Origin: an archaeon
GTDB lineage: Archaea > Iainarchaeota > Iainarchaeia > Iainarchaeales > CSSED10-239
Reading direction: 5' to 3'
Assembly (NCBI GenBank): GCA_035390665.1
Contig: DAOOUC010000003.1
Location: 91,056 to 123,055, forward strand
DNA length: 32,000 nt
The stretch's first letter is position 1; each line of letters begins with the position of its first letter. The position numbers were made by a program, and so were the translations under genes. Under the pieces are notes generated by a model. That model saw only the letters and a program-made list of their open reading frames with translations. It was not told the DNA's origin and did not search any database. This document shows, one piece after another, positions 25,833-32,000 of the stretch.

Positions 25833-28800
25833 TTATTGAGACTCCTCATTTACTTTTTCTGGATTGTACCACAAACTAATTCTATTTGCATCATAGAAAT
25901 TAAAACAAACATTTTGACTTGTAATATTATTAAATACAGAATTAATATTTTGTAATTCATCTGGTCTAAATTTTTCATTTACAATATTTCCTGGGATTAC
26001 AAAATATTCTTTTTCAGGTATTTCTGAAATTAATGCAGAAGGTACTGCAAATGTAAATTTGTAATTTGTTTGAATTGGTCTTTTTGTAAATAATTCTATT
26101 TTTTGTGTAGGACAATTTACAAATGCAAAGATTGTTGTTTTGTAAGATTTCCCATTTTGTAATAAATATCTATTATTTCCGGTTATTGGCTTTATTTCTA
26201 ATAATTTTGCATCAATATTATCATACCAAAACATATTTCTATCTAAAGACTTCGCCTCATTTCCTGCATTTGTATATTGTAATAAATATGAATTATTTGT
26301 TTTGGAAATAATTTGTATTGGTCTTATGTTTTTATAAATAATGCCATGTATTCCATTACCTCTTGTAGAAATACTTAATAGATATCCATCTTGACCCTTT
26401 GACCAAATATCGTGATTTGTGATTATTTCTGTTTCTTTTGAAATTCCTGTTTCTGATTCTTTAAATAATTTGCCTGTATAATTGAAATAATAAGCATTTA
26501 TTGGATTTGTAAATAACATATTTGATTTATATTTTAAATATTTAGATTGCTCATAATAATTTAAAATACTAGATAAATCACTTTCTTTTATAGAAACTTT
26601 TGGTTCTGTTGGTGTTTCTATAAATATCTTTACGGTTCTTGGAGAATTTATATTTGTTACTTCTGAACTTTCAGAAAATGGCAAGGCTTTTTGTGTAGTT
26701 AAGAAATCTCCTGTGCCTGTAAATATTTCGTTAGTTATTCCTATGTTTGTAGAATTAAATGTCTTCGTGTTGACTACAACAGGATTCAATGCGTCTCCGT
26801 AATATATATTTAAATTTCTTAAAATCTTAGTATTAAATGCAATAAATCTTAATTGAGTATTTTGATCTGCTGCATTAAAGAAATTTTGAATTGTTGGTTG
26901 TGCCCTTAAATGAGATTTTACTGAAAAATAATAATCATCATTAATTTTCGTGAAATTATTGTCTGTAAATATTGTAATGAAATTAGTAATTGTTTCTGCA
27001 TTTAAATCAGTGTCTGGAGTTACTGTTGATTTTAATATTATTATTTCTCTTAAATCTGTAGGTAACTTTGCAATTAATACATCTATAGCTGTTGTGTATT
27101 CACTTAGTGATACTCTTCTTAAATCAGTTATAGATAAAGAATCAATAACAGAGTCTTTGAATAACCCGTCTGTTTTTAATAACGTATTTTCTGAAATAAT
27201 ATTATTTTCTGTTTTAAATGTAACTTCATCTAAAGTATATTTATTACTTGAATTAAGTATTTCTATCTTCTTTAATAAAGTTATTTTTAACTGATCTTGA
27301 TCACAATAGAATCCATAGTCACAATTATTGTGAGTCATTTCTGATTCGTTCCATTTTAATAACAATCTATTAAATCCATAATCATAATAATTTCTTTCTC
27401 CTGTATATCCCGAATTTGAATTAAAGCCCATTGGATCATAACAGAATCCTTCTATACTTGGTGTTGAAATATATTTTACATCCAATGGAACATTTTGATT
27501 ATCATTTGGATCAATACAATCTAATTCTGCTAAATTAAAATCAGCAACAGAAAAGTTGATATTTTTTAATCTTCTATCTTTATTTAACCAATCTATACTT
27601 AAAAATTCTTCTTTTAACATATAATCATAAGGTTGACTAAATCTTAAATTTGTAATTTTAGATTCTATCTCTGTTAATCTTCTTACTGGCCTACTAATAC
27701 AAAATCTTACTTCTCTTGTATCTTCTAAAGATTCTAATTTAAAAATTACATCTCCTCTTGTTGTCATTATTGTTTGATCTTTAATATAATATAAACTTGA
27801 GATAAAATGATTTGTGGAAATATTTGCAATGTTTTCTACAAAACAAACTCTTGCATCTTTCCCATTTTCTTTGAAATTATAAATATTTGCTAAATATTCT
27901 TTATTTAAGTTTATTTGCACATTCATTTCTTGTGGATTTGTATTTTGATTAAAAGTCATTGCGCCTGTTGCATAATAAAATTTAGTATTTCCTGAATTAT
28001 AATCCATTTCCTTTCTTTCAGCTAGTGTTGGCTCGGAAATTAAACAATCAAATGCAACTTTTGTTTGTAATTCTGACTCTACTCCATTAGAATTACAACC
28101 TAAAGATGGAACTTCTGTATTTATTCTAAACACTACTTTTCTTAATTCTTCATCTTTTCTTAGAAAATCTATTCCTAAAAATTTCTTTACTGCATTAAGT
28201 GTATATTCTTTTGAAGAATATAAATTTCTAATTTTAGATTCTTGTTCCATTAATCTTCTTGTAGGTCTACTTAAACAAATTTCTAATTTATTTGAATTAT
28301 CTCTAATTGTTTTTAATTTAATTAATATTATACCGTTGTCTAATATATCTTCTTGTGTATCAATATATGTACCCGAAATATTTAGATTATCAATCACATC
28401 TCCATCTAATGTTTTAACAAAACAAACTCTTGCATCTGTTCCATTTTCTTTGAAGTTTCCAACTTTATTAATATATTCTGAATCTATATTTATATCATAT
28501 ACTAACATATCATCTTCCAAAGCTACAATTTCCTCAGATAACTTAATTGCATCTTTTGCTTTGTGGAAATAATATCTACTTGTTTCTTCATTAAATGGAA
28601 GTCTTTTTCTAAATGAAAATGATTTTTCTGGGATAACACAATCAAAGGTTTGTTTATTTCCTGTTTCTTCTTCTTCACTTGTACAGTCTAATGGTGCTAA
28701 TACTGCTTTTAAAGAAAATATATATGAATTTGTATCTACATTATTTCTTTCTAAATCAAATATGCTTTCGATATTAAGATTATTACCGTTTACTCTTGAA

Positions 28801-31800
28801 TTATTAGTATATCTTATGTCTGATTTGTATTTTATATCATTTATCATTCTTTCATTGTCTGTTAATTCTGTTACAGGCCTACTAATACACACTTGAATAT
28901 TTATGTCCTGGTTTCCTTTAATAATTTTTATTTGAGAAATAATTTGTGCATTTACAAAATTAGAAGTGTAGTTATTTTTAAAATCATAATTTTCTATATT
29001 TATTGTTTTTACGAAACAAACTCTTGCATCTGTTCCATTTTCTCTAAAATTTGTGGTTTTACTTAAATAATCACTATTAATATCTACATAAATCATAGAT
29101 TTTAATATTGTTAATTTTAAAGAATCAGAATCATAAATAAAATTAGCAGTACGATTATTAAATCCTAAATCTAGTCTTTGCTGTATTGTTTTTGGTTCTC
29201 TTACACAGTTAAATTTTGATTCATCTACTATTGTACTTGCTGTTGGCAAATTTTGAGTAATTGTGCTTGGATCTGTTTTTGTTACAGTTTTATTATTTAA
29301 AACCCCGAGATTATAAAAACTATAACCTTCATTTAGTTTTGCTATAATTTGACTAGAATCACTACCAATATCTAACTTATCTGTACTTGAGTAAACATTA
29401 TCATATTGATAATCTAATAAACTTCTATCTCTTATATCAACTAATGTAAATGTAAATATATAAACCATCCAACCCATTACCCTTTCTATTATTTCAAAAA
29501 ATTTACTTGAATGTATTGGGGCATAAATTATCATATCTACAGAATTTACAGTATTATCACACACAGTGTCTGGGACAATAAAATTATACTCGGTTTTAAA
29601 TTTATCTGCCTTATAAACAAAATTAGTTTCTGGATTTACATTATAGCCGTATAATTGGAATATGTTCCCTGCATTTCTTTTTCTTTCATTAATTAAATTA
29701 TTTAAATTTCTATAATTCTTTTCTTTTAAGTTATCTGATTTTGTTATTAAAATATGTGGATAAAAATCTTCATTTTCTAATTCTGATATTCTTTCTGGCG
29801 TCCAAAAGTCATCTTTTAATTTAATATCAACATAACAGCTTTTTCCTGTTTCTGTAACATTCACTGTTGTTTCTTCAACATTAAAATCAACATAAGACAT
29901 TGTTGATCTTGGAACGCAAGATAATGGAGTTAATGCTGTCTTTAAAGAAAATATTGCAGAACCATTCTTTTGTCTTCCGTTTTCTTTATCATATATTTCT
30001 TCAATTGTTAAATTATTATTTTTATATTTTACATCATTAATTATACTTTCATAATCTTCTAATTTATTTAATGGTCTTATAAAACACACACTTAATTTTG
30101 AATCATTTATTTTTATTACTGAAATAACATTTCCATTAGCTAAAACACTGTCTTTATTTTCTAAAACATTATTTGTTTGTAGCTCTGTTAGAATGCTCTG
30201 AGGAATTGCAGTTTCAAAACAAACTCTTGCATCATTTTCATTTTCTTTAAAGTCTTCTACCTCACTTAAGAAATCCGAATTTACAAAAATATTTATTTGA
30301 GTATTATCTGTTGTTAAGTTTATTGCTTCAGGATTAGATACAAATTTAGTGTTTCTTTCATTAAAATCTAAATCTCTTAATCTTTTCTTTAAAGTTATTT
30401 CTTTTTCAGCACATAAAAAGTTTTTATCTGGAATATTTGTACTTATTTGTGGTAATGTTCCTGAGATTGCTGTGTCTTCTACTTTTGTAACAGAAATATT
30501 ATATAAATAATCTAAATTATATAAATTGTTTGTTTCTGCAATTCTTTGACTATCTCTACTTAAGTCTAATGCACCAAGACTGCTATATACATTATTATAT
30601 TTATTATCAAAATAATTTTCATTTCTAGAATCATAAATTGTAAATGATCCAACATATAATAACCAACTCCAGAAATCCCCCAAAGCTCTTAAAAATTTAC
30701 TTGATTTCATTGGCAAGAAAACTACTGCATCCATTGTGTTGGTCTCATTATTACATACTGATTCCGGTACAGTAAAATCATAAGTTGTATTATAGGCTGG
30801 TGCTTTATAAACAAAACTTTTTTTCTGATTCTCTCCATATAATCTAAAAATATTTCGTGCACCATCTCTTTGATCATCAACTAATTGTTCCATAGTTTTA
30901 AAATTTTCTGCTTTATTCTGTGTTGCTTCTGTAACTAAAATATGAGGGAAGAATTCTTCTACTGCTAAAGCATTCATATTTTCTTGCGGTAAGAAAGAAT
31001 TATTTAATTCTACTTTTACTCTACATCCTTTTCCTGTTTCTGTTGAGTTTACATTTACAGAAGTTATATAATCTAATACTCCACCATTACTGTTTGCTGG
31101 AGGAACACAATTAAGTTGTGTTAATCCTGCAGAAACATTAAAATTTATCTCTAATTGTTTTTTCTTTTTTAATCCAAAGAAATAAGTCACACTTTCTAAA
31201 AAACTATCAGGATCATCAATAACATATGTTTTTCTTTCTGTATTAGAACTATAACTTTTTTTTATTGATTCATTAGAGAGTATCATTTCTTCATTTGTAA
31301 TCTCAGACAATGGTCTACTAACACAAACTTCTAATATCCCAGATGTATTTATACTTAATACATAAAATACTTTATTTACACTAATATATCCCTTTGTTTG
31401 TGAAAATACATTGTCTAGTACTTGTCTACTATTTCTTGAATTTAATATTGGTTCTAGCTCTGTTCCTTGTAATTTAGAATTTAAATTTGCTGTAAAACAC
31501 GCTCTTGCATCAACACCATTATCTTTAAAATTATTAGTAGAATCTAATAAATCTGCTGGAATTGTAATATTAATATCAACTGTTTTTATTTTTTTTGCTT
31601 CTTGTATTCTCCCTGCATTTACATTTAATTGATTATTGTAAATTGCGGTATTAGCTGAAAATTCCATTCTATTTTGTCTATAGTCTACTGTTTTTTCTGG
31701 AGTAGCACAATAGAAATTTCCATTTGAAGTTACTATTGATGAAGAGCCGGTAGTATATATTTGTCCTACATTAGTGTTTAATGTTGGTTGAACCTGTTCT

Positions 31801-32000
31801 ATTGTTACAGGCGTTATATTTCCTAACGTGTCTGTAATTACTGGATCAGGAACATCTATTACGATTTCAGGCAAATCCGTTTCTGAATCGCCCTCTGAAG
31901 AATTTACAAGTAAATTCCCGTCTTCTACTTGATTTTGTGAAGTTTGAGGTAATGCAGGTATTTGAATTCCTATAACATAGCCAAATTCATAATTTATTTC
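25833..32000 (-). CDS. Giant repeat-module surface protein, 5'-truncated by the window edge (at least 2055 codons visible)
   Basis: The track starts the ORF at 31874, but that codon is TTG (Leu). The frame is open for all 42 codons from 32000 to 31875 (EINYEFGYVIGIQIPALPQTSQNQVEDGNLLVNSSEGDSETD-LPEIVIDV...). No signal peptide or TM helix occurs near the nominal start, so the true start is almost certainly beyond the window. The visible part has five Cys-framed repeat modules plus the family C-terminal region. Stop TAA at 25833..25835. Confidence 0.9.
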   Translation of the reverse strand, partial: EINYEFGYVIGIQIPALPQTSQNQVEDGNLLVNSSEGDSETDLPEIVIDVPDPVITDTLGNITPVTIEQVQPTLNTNVGQIYTTGSSSIVTSNGNFYCATPEKTVDYRQNRMEFSANTAIYNNQLNVNAGRIQEAKKIKTVDINITIPADLLDSTNNFKDNGVDARACFTANLNSKLQGTELEPILNSRNSRQVLDNVFSQTKGYISVNKVFYVLSINTSGILEVCVSRPLSEITNEEMILSNESIKKSYSSNTERKTYVIDDPDSFLESVTYFFGLKKKKQLEINFNVSAGLTQLNCVPPANSNGGVLDYITSVNVNSTETGKGCRVKVELNNSFLPQENMNALAVEEFFPHILVTEATQNKAENFKTMEQLVDDQRDGARNIFRLYGENQKKSFVYKAPAYNTTYDFTVPESVCNNETNTMDAVVFLPMKSSKFLRALGDFWSWLLYVGSFTIYDSRNENYFDNKYNNVYSSLGALDLSRDSQRIAETNNLYNLDYLYNISVTKVEDTAISGTLPQISTNIPDKNFLCAEKEITLKKRLRDLDFNERNTKFVSNPEAINLTTDNTQINIFVNSDFLSEVEDFKENENDARVCFETAIPQSILTELQTNNVLENKDSVLANGNVISVIKINDSKLSVCFIRPLNKLEDYESIINDVKYKNNNLTIEEIYDKENGRQKNGSAIFSLKTALTPLSCVPRSTMSYVDFNVEETTVNVTETGKSCYVDIKLKDDFWTPERISELENEDFYPHILITKSDNLKEKNYRNLNNLINERKRNAGNIFQLYGYNVNPETNFVYKADKFKTEYNFIVPDTVCDNTVNSVDMIIYAPIHSSKFFEIIERVMGWMVYIFTFTLVDIRDRSLLDYQYDNVYSSTDKLDIGSDSSQIIAKLNEGYSFYNLGVLNNKTVTKTDPSTITQNLPTASTIVDESKFNCVREPKTIQQRLDLGFNNRTANFIYDSDSLKLTILKSMIYVDINSDYLSKTTNFRENGTDARVCFVKTINIENYDFKNNYTSNFVNAQIISQIKIIKGNQDINIQVCISRPVTELTDNERMINDIKYKSDIRYTNNSRVNGNNLNIESIFDLERNNVDTNSYIFSLKAVLAPLDCTSEEEETGNKQTFDCVIPEKSFSFRKRLPFNEETSRYYFHKAKDAIKLSEEIVALEDDMLVYDINIDSEYINKVGNFKENGTDARVCFVKTLDGDVIDNLNISGTYIDTQEDILDNGIILIKLKTIRDNSNKLEICLSRPTRRLMEQESKIRNLYSSKEYTLNAVKKFLGIDFLRKDEELRKVVFRINTEVPSLGCNSNGVESELQTKVAFDCLISEPTLAERKEMDYNSGNTKFYYATGAMTFNQNTNPQEMNVQINLNKEYLANIYNFKENGKDARVCFVENIANISTNHFISSLYYIKDQTIMTTRGDVIFKLESLEDTREVRFCISRPVRRLTEIESKITNLRFSQPYDYMLKEEFLSIDWLNKDRRLKNINFSVADFNLAELDCIDPNDNQNVPLDVKYISTPSIEGFCYDPMGFNSNSGYTGERNYYDYGFNRLLLKWNESEMTHNNCDYGFYCDQDQLKITLLKKIEILNSSNKYTLDEVTFKTENNIISENTLLKTDGLFKDSVIDSLSITDLRRVSLSEYTTAIDVLIAKLPTDLREIIILKSTVTPDTDLNAETITNFITIFTDNNFTKINDDYYFSVKSHLRAQPTIQNFFNAADQNTQLRFIAFNTKILRNLNIYYGDALNPVVVNTKTFNSTNIGITNEIFTGTGDFLTTQKALPFSESSEVTNINSPRTVKIFIETPTEPKVSIKESDLSSILNYYEQSKYLKYKSNMLFTNPINAYYFNYTGKLFKESETGISKETEIITNHDIWSKGQDGYLLSISTRGNGIHGIIYKNIRPIQIISKTNNSYLLQYTNAGNEAKSLDRNMFWYDNIDAKLLEIKPITGNNRYLLQNGKSYKTTIFAFVNCPTQKIELFTKRPIQTNYKFTFAVPSALISEIPEKEYFVIPGNIVNEKFRPDELQNINSVFNNITSQNVCFNFYDANRISLWYNPEKVNEESQ
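27447..31715 (-). repeat. Five tandem protein modules (S-type, about 190-200 aa); the first two each carry an extra L-type module of about 230 aa
   Basis: Units by their F-x-C anchors: 30420..31715 (aa 54-485), 29214..30419 (486-887), 28647..29213 (888-1076), 28053..28646 (1077-1274), 27447..28052 (1275-1476). Conserved S-module framework: FxC...[ND]F[KR][ED]N[GE]xDAR[VA]CF...[VI]C[VFIL]SRP[LVT]xxL...LxC. At DNA level the plus-strand 17-mer AAACAAACTCTTGCATC recurs at about 27841, 28421, 29017 and 30218, with a variant AAACACGCTCTTGCATC at about 31495. The L-modules share TETGKxC...FxPHIL[VI]T...NIFxLYG...FVYKA...VPxxVCxN...SSKF...YxNVYSS. Confidence 0.85.

Noticed and set aside
9955-31632. 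All other plus-strand ORFs of 60-114 aa in the track (9955, 12833, 16239, 16731, 18838, 19202, 20134, 22019, 22360, 22756, 26123, 26950, 28336, 31411)
   Set aside because: Each lies entirely inside, or mostly antisense to, a long minus-strand gene with strong internal evidence. Their sequences are low-complexity Leu/Phe/Ile/Tyr-rich, as expected from antisense reading of AT-rich codons. None has an SD-like element that I could see.
31872-31874. Annotated start of the 2013-aa ORF
   Set aside because: The codon is TTG within a frame that stays open for all 42 codons up to the window edge. No signal or anchor follows it. I treat it as an ORF-caller artefact and call the gene 5'-partial.
1-32000. 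CRISPR arrays, tRNA/rRNA, transposases or integrases, and a diversity-generating retroelement (RT plus TR/VR) targeting the surface proteins
   Set aside because: There are no direct-repeat/spacer arrays. No intergenic space is large enough for RNA genes. I found no ORF with recombinase or reverse-transcriptase motifs (e.g. YxDD) and no TR/VR-like near-identical 100-150-nt pair by eye. A DGR elsewhere on the contig cannot be excluded.
1-32000. High density of N-x-S/T sequons as evidence for archaeal N-glycosylated surface proteins
   Set aside because: Asn, Ser and Thr are all very abundant because of the AT-rich codon bias. Sequon frequency therefore cannot be separated from composition without a genome-wide background.
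1-32000. Eukaryotic (e.g. AT-rich protist) origin, or a recoded genetic code
   Set aside because: Gaps of 2-27 nt between co-directional genes, SD-like motifs (AGGTGG, GGTGA) and an intrinsic-terminator hairpin all indicate a prokaryotic operon. Multi-kb ORFs are intact under the standard code. TGA functions as a stop at 24486..24488, directly within the terminator.

Overview
Very AT-rich (by eye about 25-30% G+C), gene-dense prokaryotic DNA. Every credible gene is on the minus strand, and by my coordinates only about 344 of 32,000 nt are non-coding. There are nine genes in what look like three transcription units. The breaks are at 24390-24485 (clean hairpin plus T-tract terminator) and 8222-8393. 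Unit i: a repeat protein of at least 2055 codons, still open at the right window edge, plus a 442-aa Cys-rich secreted protein. Unit ii: a 2514-aa N-anchored giant, a 132-aa secreted protein, a 674-aa glycine-rich secreted protein and a 1991-aa N-anchored giant. Unit iii: a 499-aa secreted protein, a 713-aa glycine-rich secreted protein and a third N-anchored giant of at least 1524 codons. That last gene runs off the left edge and is absent from the supplied ORF track. The four giant genes occupy about three quarters of the window. I recognise no enzyme, transporter, regulator, RNA gene, CRISPR array or mobile element. The main structure I see: (1) a tandemly duplicated cassette of secreted protein, Gly-rich repeat protein and giant anchored protein; (2) a C-terminal region of about 500 aa shared by three architecturally different giants; (3) an 80-residue uncharged Gly/Ala-rich glycine-zipper segment in the middle of the 2514-aa protein; (4) a nested five-module Cys-framed repeat array in the rightmost giant. 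My reading is an uncharacterised multi-component cell-surface (adhesion or partner-cell contact) system. This is the kind of system expected in ultra-small episymbionts (DPANN archaea or CPR bacteria), but the sequence alone cannot fix taxonomy or function. All domain and homology statements come from reading the translations by eye; no searches were run.
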